Below, piece by piece: positions 21,480 through 33,831 of a DNA stretch of 64,000 nucleotides. The notes under the pieces were generated by a model that saw nothing but the letters and a program-made list of their open reading frames with translations, had not been told where the DNA came from and did no database searches. Origin of the DNA: Antechinus flavipes (taxonomy: Eukaryota); assembly GCF_016432865.1 (NCBI RefSeq), contig NC_067400.1, positions 631,284,001-631,348,000 on the forward strand. The letters are read 5' to 3'. Each line of letters opens with the position of its first letter. The first letter of the stretch is position 1. Position numbers and translations under genes: made by a program.

Positions 21480-23880
21480 CAGGCTTAATGTTAACAATTT
21501 CTGCCATACTTCTTTCCAGTTTTCCCAACAATTTTTACCAAATGATGAATTCTTATTCTAAAACTTTAATTGTCAAATGAAAGATTACTTTACTTGCTGC
21601 TGTGAATTGTATGTCTACTTTTTTTTTGCACATTGGTCTAATTTATTGTTTCTTAGCCATTACCAGATAGTTTTGATAATTAGACAACTTTAAGATCTGG
21701 TTCTACTAAATCTCTTTCTTTTACATAATTTTCCTTAGTTTCTTTCATATTTTTGACCTTTTGCTCTTCCAAGTAAATGGTATTTTTTTTCCTAATTCAG
21801 TAAAACAAGTTTTTGGTAATTTGACTGGGACAATCAAATTGAAAAGACAAATTAAATAAAATTGTCATTCTTATATATTGGCCCTGCCTATGCATGAACA
21901 ATTATTATCTCTCCATTTATTTAAATGATTTTATTTATATAAAAGGTTTTTTATATTTATATTGATGTAGTTCCTGGGCTTGTTTTAGCAGATATATTCA
22001 AGGACACTTTATACTATCTAGAGTTATTTAAAATGGGTCTCTCTTATTATCTCTTCTTTTGGGGTTTTGTTCCTCATATATAGAGATGCTCTGTTTATTT
22101 ACATGGGTTTACTTTATATCTGGATGCTTTGCTAAAATTATTAATTGCTTTAACTATTTTTTAATCGAGTCTTTGGGATTTTCAATGTATATCTTCATGT
22201 CATCAATTAAAAGAGACTTTTATTACCTCATTCCCTATTCTGATAACATCTATTTCTTTTTCTATTCTTATTGCTATTCCAGGACTTTCTGGAGTGGTTT
22301 GCCATTTCCAGAACTAAGAGTTTCAAGATGGAGTTGAATTCTTGAAGATGAGTCTTCCTAACTTCCTAACTGCTCCTTACCTCTCCTAACCCAATTTTAT
22401 TTTTTAGAATCAATCCATCATCTTCAACTCAGTCCAAATTCTTCTTTCAAACTACCCAAGTAAAGATTTTAAAAAGTACTCACAATGTTTTCACATCTAA
22501 AAAATAAGTAGCTTGACCTTAGTGAGTCCCTCATAACTCTTGGGCAATCCAACAATTCTTATATTCTCTCTCCTTAATCTATTCTCTATATCATTTCCCC
22601 TTAATAATATACTTCAGATCTTGTCTACTTTTTCAGTCTTTGGGCTTATAGTATTTTTTGGCCAAATCCTTTCCTCCCCTCTTCCAATAGCATTTTATTT
22701 TTCCCAAAACACGTAAAAAGTTTTCAACATTCATTTTTGTAAGACTTTGTGTTCCAAGTTTTACTCTCTCCCTCCCTTACTGACCCCTTTCCCAAAATAG
22801 CAAACAATCTGATGTAGGTTAAACATGTGCAACCCTTTTAAATATATTTTCATATTTGTCATATTATGCAAGAAAAATCATACCAAAAGGGAAAAAAAAG
22901 AACCACAAGAAAAACAAAGAAACAAACAAAAAGTGAAAATATTGTTCTGATTCATATTCAATCTCCATAGTTCTCTCTCTGGATATGATTGGCATTTTCC
23001 ATCCCAAGTCTATTGGAATTGCCTTGAATCATTGCATTGTTGAGAAGAGCCGAATCCAAAACATTCAATCACCACATCATCTTGTTGTTACTATGTACAA
23101 TGTTCTTTTGGTTTGCTCACTTCACTCAGCATCAGTTCATGTATGTCTTTCCAGGCTTTTCTAAAATCAGTCCTGCTCATCAGTTTTTTAAAAAAAATAC
23201 AACAACAATATTCCATTATTTTCATATATCACATCTTATTTAGTCATTCCCCAACAGATGGGCATCCACTCAATTTCCAAGTCCTTGCCACTTCAAAAAG
23301 AGCTGCTGCAAACATTTTTCACATGTGGGTCCTTTCTGCTCTATTATGATCTCTTTGACATACAGATGCAATAGTGATACTGCTTGATGCAATTGTATGC
23401 AGAGTTTTACAGCCCTTTGGGCATAGTTCCAAATTGTTCTCCAGAATGGTTGAATCATTTAATAATTCCACCAACAATACAGTAATGTCCCAGTTTTCCC
23501 ACATCCTTTCCAACATTTATCATTATCTTTTCCTGTCATCTTAGCCAACCTAACAGATGTGAGATGGTATCTCAGAGTTGTTTTAATTTGTATTTCTCTA
23601 ATAAATAGTGCTAGTTCTTTTTTAAGAAGTTATTTTCTTAAGTTTTTGCATCTCTTCTTATTCATTGAGTATCTTTTCATGATTTTCTTGAATTCTTTGG
23701 ATTTTTTTGGAATTCTTTTTGTCCCTAATTTTTCCTTAGTCTCCCCTTTAGTTTTTTCTGAAAGGCTTTATAAATCCTCCCAAGAACTCTTTTTGGGCTT
23801 GTGACCATTGAACATTTCTCTTTGAAGTAGATGTGGCTTTTTAAACTCTATGTTCTTCCTCTGACAATAAACTCAGATCA
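21480..23880 (-). mobile_element. Stack of L1 fragments in the ZNF intron (ORF2, 3' UTR, ORF1 pieces)
   Basis: Minus-frame peptides IQPFWRTIWNYAQRA and LERMWENWDITVLLVE from the L1 ORF2 C-terminus, plus 3' UTR sequence. Confidence 0.8.
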
Positions 23881-24026
23881 TTACTCTCTCCAGCTATTTG
23901 ACTGATGGTAAACTATTCAACTTCAACAGGTTACAAGCCTTTTCAGGCCAAATAAAGAATTGCACACAGATGATTGTGCACTCCATATAGCTCCTAAAGC
24001 TGAGATCCACCTAGAGTACAGATCTA

Positions 24027-24215
<189 letters not shown>

Positions 24216-26527
24216 CTAAATGATCAAAAGTCATATGATTTAGAGCTGCAAGACTCCAAAATGGATCTAATACAATCCTATCAACACTGAGGAAGAAACT
24301 GAAGCAGAGATGGGATTTACCTAAAACTTATATAACCTTATGAGTGTCAGAGTCAATACTTGAAACCAGGCATTAGGAGCCCAAAGGAATATTGAGAAAG
24401 GCCTTTTCCATTTGAAGCAAGAATCATGTTGCAAGTCTAAAAACTTGTAAAAATGTCTTACCACACAATGCTTCTCCTGGTTAAATTAGGGAAAAGATCT
24501 GTTCTCTATCAGTGAAGTATGAGAATGTGTAGAAGAAGGTGATGTGAAATTCCTCCCCATAAGAAGTTTTATAAATGACATGGTAAGAAAATTCTATGAA
24601 GATTTTGGGAGAAGTTGACTCAAGTACTTTGTATTCTGGGTGGGTGGATGGGAACTGAAAACTGACCATTGAGGAAAGAACAACAACAACAAAAGGAATG
24701 ATTTCGTAAATTCCCTAAAATTATCTTAACTCGATGAAAGCAAGACAAGAGTCCTAGAGAGATATTATTCCAAGTACAGCCACAGATGAGGGATTATGAG
24801 ACCATTTCTAGCCAAGTGAAGGAACATTCTCTATTCTTACACCCAAGGGCTGAGATGACACCAGGTGGGATGGATCACAATTAAAAACCATTTGCTGTCT
24901 TCGCTTAATCATTCATTTTAATGCATTTATTCATTTTAATAGTTAATTATAGTAAAAGAAGAGTAACTCTGTGAGGAAAGGAGGGTTTCCTTCCTTCATT
25001 AAAAATGTAATATTTTATCAGTTGGGGTTGGAGATTGAGCTCCTGCATAAGAAAGACACTGGCAGTTTATTTCTGAAAAAGAAATTGTTTCAATATCATG
25101 TAAGAACTTTAGAACATTGGGGATCAGGAATCAAGAGAATAAGTCAAGGGGCAGACTCGTGGTTCTCATAAAAGAGAATGCTCACATTTGCAAATCCTTT
25201 GATATGCTAGAAGATGTCATCTATTTTTCCAACCTGCTACACATAGAACCCCTGCTTGACAAATAAACTTGGCAACTGATATTCTTCCATTTCATTTTCT
25301 TCCAATTTCCCTCAGAATGATAGGATGTGATTTTTCAAAACTTCTTTTTTGGGGAGCAATTCTTTCTTGCAGAGAAAAATCTCTTCACTTTTTTGTCATT
25401 TTGATTTCTTTAAAACATCTCATCTTCTATTTGTAATATAGATTTCCCTTTTGCTTTCCATTCTCTCTTGTTAATGAATTTGTGAGCAAAGAGATGTTCT
25501 CTTATTTTCTACATTCCAAGTTCTGTAATATCAGTTGTCTGAAGGGAAGGGTTCCATTTTGAATAAAGCTTGGGTTGAATAGAGACTTAATTGGCTCAAA
25601 CAAGTACATGTCATAGATGATCTACTAGGAATTGGAGAATTTTCCCAAACCACTACATTCATTTCATTAAGCCATGGCTCAAGGCTGTTAAGATTTTTAA
25701 TATGGCCTTGTCCCAAGATACCTATCTGCTAAAGGCCAAAGAACATCCTAGGGGAAAAAAAAAACCAAACAATTTATAGTCACCTTTGTTCATTTCCTAA
25801 GAGAAAGCTGTGGGTGGTCAAAGTCGGGGTTATCTCCCTTGAAAAGAATGTAAGAATGCTAGCTTCTTAGGAGCAGGAACTGGGTTTTGTGAGGGAAGAT
25901 GATGGCCTGAGATTTGAAAAGAATCTTTTGTTCTTTACCCTCCAGGTTTCCACTGTGGAAGCCCCCTCAGTGCATTCACATTCTTGGACCACATCTCCTC
26001 TTGGGATGGGGGAAGGGTGAGACTACCAGTTTCTCTCTCTGTGGAGCAAACATCTTGGAATCATGCTTTGGTTTCTAGGGAAAGTTCCTGCCTACGCCAG
26101 CGGGTCTAGGTGAGCTTGCTGAGAACTGCTCACCTTTGCTCTCCCATGCTGACCCAGTTTGGTTCCTCACTGAGTGTCTCCTTTCTCATGAGAAAGCATG
26201 AAATTCTTTTTTGCCTTTCTTAGGACAAGTCTCGGACTGATTAATTGGAAGTGGGGGAGGGCGATAGCTCAAGGAGGGCAGGGACTATGATTTTTTAAAC
26301 CTTTCTTGGTATCCAGAGTAAATTAGCACAGTGCTTGGGACATGGGAGCCATAGTTGAAATGTTTATGGACTGAGACCTGGCAAAGGAGAGGGATTCAGA
26401 GAGATGTGGGAACACTTGTGTGACCTGAAGCAGCACAAAATGGGTACCAGAAAGACAATTCCTGTGAGGAACCCCCTCCCTCTGACAGGAGGAAGCTTCC
26501 TGGGCTCTGGGGAGGGACTGCACTCAC

Positions 26528-26560
26528 CTGGGACGAGAGTCTCTGGCTGTCAGGGGCCAT
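26528..26560 (-). CDS. First coding exon (MAPDSQRLSSQ) of the complete KRAB-ZNF gene; whole exon 26597-26528
   Basis: ATGGCCCCTGACAGCCAGAGACTCTCGTCCCAG|GTGAGT is phase 0 and in frame with KRAB-A. Acceptor ccttctccctcccag. Confidence 0.85.
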
Positions 26561-27139
26561 CTCTCTGGTTCTAGGCTTTGATCATCTGCAAGCTGACCTG
26601 GGGAGGGAGAAGGATCTCAGAGGGAGAAACATGATCTGTACCTTCCCTTCCTAGGTTGGATGCTGACTGGTCCAGAATGAGAGAGAGCTCTTAGAGCAGG
26701 TACAATGACCCTGCCCTCAGGGGAGGGCATCAGGGAGGGTCAGGCCTGGAAGTGACCTGCGTCTGAGCAGGAAGAAGACTTGCCTTCCCCCTAATTCTTT
26801 CCCTTTGGTCTCATGCCCCTGGCCCAGCCTCCTAGAGACCAGGAGGGGTTTTGGGATCCCAGATGAGATGAGACCAAGCAGGGCCTCAGTGACCCCAGTT
26901 CCAGAGCTCTCCCTCCATCTGCTACAGGGATGAGATGTTCTAGGTGACTTGTGAAGATTGAGAGACTGTGATCCAATGGTAAAATGGGGAACGGCCTCCC
27001 AGGATGGGATGTGACAGGGGGCCTGAGCATGAAGTCGTACTCCTGGGGGAGTAGTCCCCAGGAGCCAGGCTCGGGAGGGAGCTCTTCCCTGGCAGAGCTG
27101 CCACACACTCTCCAGGAGGTCAGATGGGAAGGTTGAGTC

Positions 27140-28380
27140 TCAGTAGAAAGGGGCAGAAGCGGGGGCGGGAGAGGTCCTGGCTCAGACCTACCTGGGACCT
27201 GCACGTGCAGAGAAGCTTTTCAGAAGGCAGAGAGATCTCAGCTCTAAGAAAAGGAAGAGAGATCTCAGCTTCAAAGGAAAAAGGCAGAGAGATCTCTGGG
27301 GGAAGAAAACAGAGTTCTCAGTTCTGGGGGAAAGAGGCAGAGAGGTTTCAGCTCAGAGAAGGCGGCAGAGAGATCTCAGCTGCAGGGGAAGCAGGCAAGA
27401 GAGATCTCAGCTCCGAAGGAAGGAAGGAGAAAGAGCTCAGCTCCGAGGGAAAGAGGGAGAGAGATCTCAGCTCCAGGGAAGAAAGAGACCTTTCACTGGA
27501 AAGCTAAGAAGGCGGAGCAAAGTCGGCACCAAGCTCCGGCTTCTGCCAGCCTCCTCCGGGAGGGGCCTCGTAGTCCTCAAAGCCCCACCTCCCCAGCCCC
27601 GCAGAAACCCCTCTGCCCCCCAGCATTCCCTTTCCTCCAATTACATCAGGACCAGGATCTCAGGCGACGCCCACCTCTCAAGCCCTGCCTCCATCACGTG
27701 GAACGCCTTGGCCACCGCAATGGCCCCTTCTTCTGCCCCCCTCCTCCCAGGCCTCCACTCTCCACCCCAAGGCTCCGATTCCACCTGGGCCACCCCCAGC
27801 GGGCGGGGCCTCTCTGAGCGCTCCCTTATGTTCCCGGCTGCCCGCTCTAGGACGCAAGCCTTCCCCACTTCCCCTCTTCCAGCTCTCCCTCTCTAAGTTC
27901 CCCTTCTTCCTCACGTGGTTGCGGCCCTTCGTTCTCCAAGGGGACCAACATGACGTCAGGGTGGGTCCGACCGCCGGGAGCCGGAGTCCTGCCAGCGGTC
28001 GGGCACAGACAGGCCCTCTGACGATCTGGGGTGGATTCTCCGACTGCATCTGTCGCATTGCTAACGGGCCTTGCTCCCGGAGCCCGGCTCCTTCTCCCAT
28101 GAAACACTTTCTCCAGAGTTCTTCAGAGAGACCTGGATCTTGGGCTTGAATCACTTCTGACCACCGGGCAGCACTCCCCTGGGGCCAGTTTTCCCTAAAA
28201 TGTTCTTTTAAGCAAGCGGCCCTTTGCCGTTCAACACTGGCCAGCCCAGCGGAGCTGCAGTGGAGCAGGGATAGGGTCCAGGGTCTGGTACCTGCCAGGG
28301 GGGTTTCAGCATCTTCCCGAGCCAATTCAAAGGGAAGTGATCCTGGCCCGGCACGGGGCTGTCCAGGTTTCACGGCAAAC
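27140..28380 (-). promoter_or_regulatory. CpG-island promoter and non-coding exon 1 (donor CAG|GTAGGT at 27192/27191) of the complete KRAB-ZNF gene
   Basis: CpG-rich. Perfect CRE TGACGTCA at 27951-27958, E-boxes CACGTG at 27695 and 27912, GC boxes. Colinear with 1280-2340. Confidence 0.75.
27226..27490. repeat. Degenerate tandem array of about 9 units (about 25-33 bp) with core AGAGAGATCTCAGCT in exon 1
   Basis: Cores visible near 27229, 27257, 27286, 27310, 27338, 27366, 27398, 27428 and 27458. Confidence 0.85.
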
Positions 28381-29309
28381 AACAAAGAGTCCCCACAAGG
28401 GCTCTGCACACCTTTCCTTTGATAGTCTCTCTAATACCTCTCCTCTCCCACACTTTCCTTTGGAGCCTCCCACCCTGAGCTAGCTCTGGTTACCCTCGTG
28501 TCCATCCCTTGTTCCCCTCTCCCAAGACCCTTACCTCCTTAGGCTCCCTGCCTCCACACCCCAACTGTACTTTCCTAGACTCCAGCTCCTCACCAAGGGG
28601 CCCTTTCTCTCCATCTCCTTCTTCCCCAGCTGGAACACAGCTGGATCCTCCAGGATTGCTAAGGCCAGGAAGTCAGGACACCTGGGGCCCATGGAACAGC
28701 ATACATCCAATGTCATAAACCACCTCTCTTCTCATCTGCTCAACCCTTCAAATTTCCCTCCAAGAGCAGGGGCATATAACAGATATGTGTGTGTGCACAT
28801 TTATATAACATGTATACATATAATATAATTTCAGACTTCGGAGGGGCTGATGAGCTTTGAAATTTGTTTGACTTTCTTCCTCATTTTTAGTCTTAATTAT
28901 AAGGGATGTTTCCCTAGGGGGTGATAAGATGGGAAATGCAGGGAATATCAATATCAAAGATAACAAGTATTTGTAAAAAAAGAAATAAGAGGGGACAGAG
29001 TGTAATTTCCCCCCTAGGATGGAGTAATATTCTCCGGAACCCAATTGGGTCTCTTCCTGCAGCCCAGTATTCTTTTTCCCTTTTTGTTGTCAGGATTTTG
29101 GTTGGGGTGGCTCTGCCCTTCAGCTTTTCCTGACATGATGAGCAGAGAACGGCACACTCTTCCTAGGGAACCCTCTCCAGAAGCTCCAGCCTTGGCACCC
29201 TGAGTTGGTGTTGGAGAGAAGTCTTATCCCAGATCTCAAAATGTGGGCACCACTTCCATTTCCTGTACCCAGCCCAAGGAAGTCCCAATCAAGGGCCTGA
29301 ACCTCACTC

Positions 29310-29429
29310 TGTCCCATTTCAGCTGAAGTACTATTTTAGCCCTTTAACAAAGTTTCCTTGTTGTACTCATCCTAATTTCTGGGTCACAGATGAAATGTGT
29401 CACAGATGGCCCTACATTGGGGGCCAAAA
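29310..29429 (-). mobile_element. ERV2 leader: PBS for tRNA-Lys(CUU) at 29426-29409, decayed splice donor, and probable gag start (ATG GGA CAG at 29317), then truncated
   Basis: TGGCCCCCAATGTAGGGC vs TGGCGCCCAACGTGGGGC matches 15/18 and lies 3 nt after the LTR end. MGQ start about 90 nt further on. Confidence 0.8.
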
Positions 29430-29919
29430 TGTAATGTTCTTCTCTAAAATATAATGTTTTCTGGGAGCAGGTTTCTTGGGGGGCTTCTGGAGCCAGCCTT
29501 TGTTTCAGTTCAGTGTAATCACCCCAAATGCAGCCAGGAGTTAAAGTCCAAATCCTTTATTGTCTTTTTCCAAGTCTTGTCTCCTTTCTGGGGCCTGGTT
29601 AGCTTTCTTAGAGACCTATCTCTCTCTTTGGTTCTGAGAGCTTCTGCCCATAGTCCTTTGCCTTTGCCAGCTTCTGCCCATAGTTCTTTGCCTTTGCCAG
29701 CTTCTGCCTCTAGCTTCCTCTGAATGAGCTTCTAGTAGGCTTCTCCTTTCTGGCTCTGACAGCTCCTCCTTATATGTGCCACACTGAGTATACACCAATA
29801 ATTATATCACTAGGAAACTATTATTTGTTGTAGGATTAAATCAATACTAAACTAGATTTAACCACTGTCTCCTCAATTCCACTTACTTAGCATCTTCTTT
29901 CAAGTTCTGGCCCATAACA
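29430..29919 (-). mobile_element. 5' LTR of a truncated ERV2 provirus (490 bp), with an internal 30-bp tandem repeat at 29639-29714
   Basis: TG...CA ends. Minus-strand CATATAA near 29770 and AATAAA near 29555. No TSD because it is followed by the PBS. Homologous to LTR 9211-9660. Confidence 0.9.
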
Positions 29920-30389
29920 CTTTAGTTCGTGAAATTTCCTAAAATCTACCTATTCTATTCAAACTTCTTTTCTTTAGTAAGCCAGGAAAGAGTTAAGCAC
30001 CAATCCTTGCTTTACCTTGAGTTTTTTCTCTCGCAGGATTCCACAAGTCTGAGTTCTGATAACAGGCTTCTTGCTTATAGGAGTGATAACACACTGTTCT
30101 TCTATTTTCTCAAAACTTTTCAAACTTTCAATCTATGTTTTTGTTTTCCCCCTTCTCTCCTCCTTCATGCAAAGCCACTGCAGTCAGCCAGAGGAAGAGA
30201 GAGAGAAAGGAAAAAAAAAAGATTTTTCAAACTTCTTTTCTTGCTCCATCCTAATCTTGAGAAGCCCAAAACTAGTTCCCAAATTACTTTACCATGATCT
30301 AAGACCAATACATTCTGAGCCATTCTGAAAGAATTACTACTCTGGATGAATTTTAACAATTCAGCCTGATATTTTTTCTCTAATTTCTT

Positions 30390-30822
30390 TTCTTTTCTTT
30401 TTAAAAAAAATATATATATAGCTTTTAAGTTACAAGATATATGCATGGGTAATTTTCCAGCATTGACCATTGCAAAACCTTTTGTTCCAATTTTTCCCCT
30501 CCTTCCCTGCTCCTCCCTTTCTCTCTCCCCCCCCTCCCAGATGGCAAGTTGACCAATACATGTTAAATATGTTAAAGTATAAGTCAAATACAATATATGT
30601 ATACATGTCCATACAGTTATTTTGCTGTACAAAAAGAATTGGACTTTGAAATAGTGTACAATTAGCCTGTGAAGGAAATCAAAAATGCAGGCGGACAAAA
30701 ATACAGGGATTGGAAATTCTATGTAGTGGTTCATAGTCATCTCCCAGAGTTCTTTCACTGGGTGAAGCTGGTTCAATTCATTACTGCTCTATTGGAACTG
30801 ATTTGGTTCATCTCATATTTTT
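30390..30822 (-). mobile_element. L1 3' end (5'-truncated)
   Basis: Poly-T, then antisense marsupial L1 3' UTR (cattgaccattgcaaaacc, cccagatggcaagttgacc). Confidence 0.8.
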
Positions 30823-30899
30823 CTAAGCCTGTAACACAGAGGCTGAATTCTTATCTCTTACGAGCTTGCTAACTTTTAACACAGAACAAAATGCAAAGC

Positions 30900-31800
30900 A
30901 GACAGACACATGCAGACACATGCAGAACTGTATTTTCACCTTTCACAAACAGATTTAAGTCTGATATATCCAAATAGTCCTGGGAACATTTTCCCAGTTT
31001 TCTTCCCTTTTATATCTGGAAAGTTCATCCCAGTCTTGAATTCCCTAGCTAATGTCCTGATACAAATTCTTGGACTGCTTCTATCCCATTTTACCACCTT
31101 GGACCTAGTCCAGGTGTTGGCAGAGGCCCTTGGTTACCCTCACGCCCCTTAGCCAACCGAGAGCCTCCTTAGGAAAGTCCTTTATCATTGGGATTGATAG
31201 TAGTCCACACCAAAAACAAATTTAGGAGGGCTAATCCCTTCAGGTCTCCCTCTACCCAGCCAATGGACCCCCAGATTCCCAAGAGCATTATCTTGAGTTT
31301 ACATATGTACATATCTTTTAGACTGCAATGCCGGCTATCAGGACTCTACTTCCTTCAATCTTCTATTCTACTTTTGACTGAGTATCCCTGCCTTGGGTTG
31401 TTGTCTAAGAGGGGAGAAAGGCTGCTGGCCCAGAGCCAGAGACCATGGAGAAAACTACTCCATGGGTACCTGTCCCTGTCTGGGGTTCACATAGGCGTCT
31501 CCCTGCCAGGAATCTGTGGGTCTGGAACAAGGCCTCAGTGTAGTTTCAAGATTGTCAAGGGAGGATTCAGGCTGGGGCAAGATGTTCTTCATCGGTTTTC
31601 AGGAGGTATGGGAGTGCTGAGCTCATGGTTCTCCTTCCTTTTCCTTTTCCATCTTTCTTGAACTGGTGACTCTACCAGAAGATCCAGTCTCCATTTTCAC
31701 TTTCACATAGTAGGAGGTGGCGGCAGGGAGTCATTGATATTCTTGAGTTTATCAAGTCCTGGGCTACTGGATTCAGTTCTTGTCTTTATATCTAATCTAG
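30900..31800 (-). mobile_element. Probable ERV1 integrase C-terminus / env N-terminus remnant
   Basis: Minus-frame fragments NGDWIFW and PVQERWK resemble IN PGDWV...LQPRWEG, followed by hydrophobic IMLLGIWGSIG...LALLNLFLVW. Weak similarity only. Confidence 0.4.
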
Positions 31801-31899
31801 TTCCCCTTCATGTTTTTTTCACCTGAGGCAGAGAGAAATGAATAGAACTCCTAGAACCATTTGTACTATATACTATACAAACCCAATGGCAATAACCAG

Positions 31900-32700
31900 G
31901 AAAATGAAGAGAACTATATCTCTTCTATTTTTTTTTTTTTTGAGTTTCATTATTTTTTGGTGTCTCATAAGGCTACACAATTCCTCTGGTTTAATTCTAT
32001 TTTTCAAGGAGTTTTTTTTTAAACTTCTTTCAAATTGATTAACTTTCTTTTCATAATTTCTTGGATTGCTTTCATTTCCCCTCCTAATATTTCCTTGATC
32101 TATTATTTGATTTTTGAATTCCTTTTTACGTTCTTCCAGGAACTCCTTTTGGACTTGTCGTATGCCTTTAGTGTTTCTCTTTAAGACAGGAATGGCTTGT
32201 TTTTTTAACCCCACTATCTTCTGAATATTAACCCAGATCTTCTTTTATACCAGAGTAGATATTGTCAGGTTCTTTTTCCTTTCCTTTCCTTACTCATCCT
32301 GAATTTTAATTTAGTTTTATTTTATTTTTATATTTATTATATATATTTGTGTATATATATGTATATATATATATGTTTGTAAAAATAAACATTTATTGTT
32401 AGCAGTTTATAACAGTGATCATTATTATAGTCAAGTTTGATTTCTGAGCTCTGGGTCATGCTGGGTATTCCTCAGCTCCTCCTTACTGTTATATTCTGAA
32501 TTCTGTCTAGGGACTCAACCTCAGAAACAGTTCTCACTTAAGCCACATGTAGGGTTTCTCAACTGCTGTTCTGGAAATGTTTTTGCTCCCTAAAATACTG
32601 CACTTTCCAAGCAACTGCTTAGTCATCTTTGTCCACAGTTGTAGCCAGCACTGCTAGCCCTGACTAGGATCCTTCACTCTTGCCCTATTCAGTTTTCATG
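31900..32700 (-). mobile_element. L1 ORF1 / 5' region fragment
   Basis: Minus-strand K/E-rich coiled-coil peptide (QVQKEFLEERKKEFKNQII). Confidence 0.65.
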
Positions 32701-32830
32701 AGGTGAAAATTCTTGAGAAAATTTATTTTACATTACTGCACCTGTATAACTTTTGTAAATTGCTGATCATCTTAAGGTGAGAGGAAGTGAAAAGGAGAGC
32801 AAAAGAATTTGGAATTGAATAAATTTTTTA

Positions 32831-33256
32831 AAGTGTTAAAAATTGTCTTTACAGTAATTGGGATATAAAATTTCCCCTTATTACCACTTTGGCTGCATCC
32901 CATAAATTTTGGTATGATTTCTTACCGTTGTCATTATCTTGAGTGAAATTATTAATTGTGTCTATAATTAGCTGTTTCACCCAATCATTCTTTAAGATGA
33001 GATAATTTAGTTTCCAATTAATTTTTGGTCTATTTACACCTAACTTTTTGTTGAATGTAGTTTTTATTGCATTGGGATCTGAAAAGAAAGCATTTACTAT
33101 TTCTGCCTTCCTGCATTTAATTTTGAGGTCTTTATGTCCTAATATATGTTCATTTTTTGTGTAGGTTCCATGAACTGCTGAGAAGAAAGTATACTCCTTT
33201 CTGTCACCATTCAGTTTTCTCCAGAGATCTATCATACCTTATTTTTCTAATATTCC
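32831..33256 (-). mobile_element. L1 ORF2 endonuclease C-terminal fragment
   Basis: ORF 33235-32849: MIDLWRKLNGDRKEYTFFSAVHGTYTK...YQNLWDAAKVVIRG. Confidence 0.95.
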
Positions 33257-33283
33257 ATAGAAGTAAGGAAATTATATTATTAT

Positions 33284-33800
33284 ATAGAAGTAAGGAAATT
33301 TTAAAAGGAAATGAGATCCATGATAGAAGATCCCATTGGGATAGTAGAACAATTTGACATATTCCTGGGACTTATTTACTTAGGGAGAACTTACATCTAT
33401 TTTGAATGCCCTGTTCTCACAAGAAGAGGGGACTAATTAGAAGAGCTGCTATGAAGGAGTGAAATAGAAGACACCCTCCAGCTGCAGGAGTAGTCCCAGC
33501 TGACCAGAAATATCCTTTAGTAGATCCGAATTGGGATCACAATAACCCTGTACATCACGAAAGTATAAGGGATCTTGGGGAATGGATAATTATGGGAATT
33601 CTAAATGTACTACAAAGGCACAGAACAAGAAAAGAGCCTTTGGGATGACTCAAGGAAAGGATGAGGATGATGGATTTGATCCTGACAACCCAGAAGTAGA
33701 AGATACCTTGAAATTGCACTTTGTGACCAATACATGGTCAGATATCAGTGAGAAGTTACATAAAATAGATTGGAAGAGGCCATCAATGTTTATGTAAGGA
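33284..33800 (+). mobile_element. ERV1 (HERV-I-like) gag capsid remnant
   Basis: Frameshifted peptides MIEDPIGIVEQFDIFLG, LIRRAAMKE, HPPAAGVVPADQKYPLVDPNWDHNNP and AFGMTQGKDE...LKLHFVTNTWSDISEKLHKIDW. Confidence 0.85.
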
Positions 33801-33831
33801 GAGGTGATGAGAATTTTCCACACTAGATAAT

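Larger units (their letters stand above)
26475..29225. repeat. Old tandem gene duplication block, paralogous to about 745-2340 plus 4177-4535
   Basis: Colinear shared blocks: ctctgacaggaggaagc, cactcacctgggacga, ggctcagacctacctgggac, caggaccaggatctcaggc, cacagctggatcctccagg, gaaatttgtttgactttcttcctc. Confidence 0.9.
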
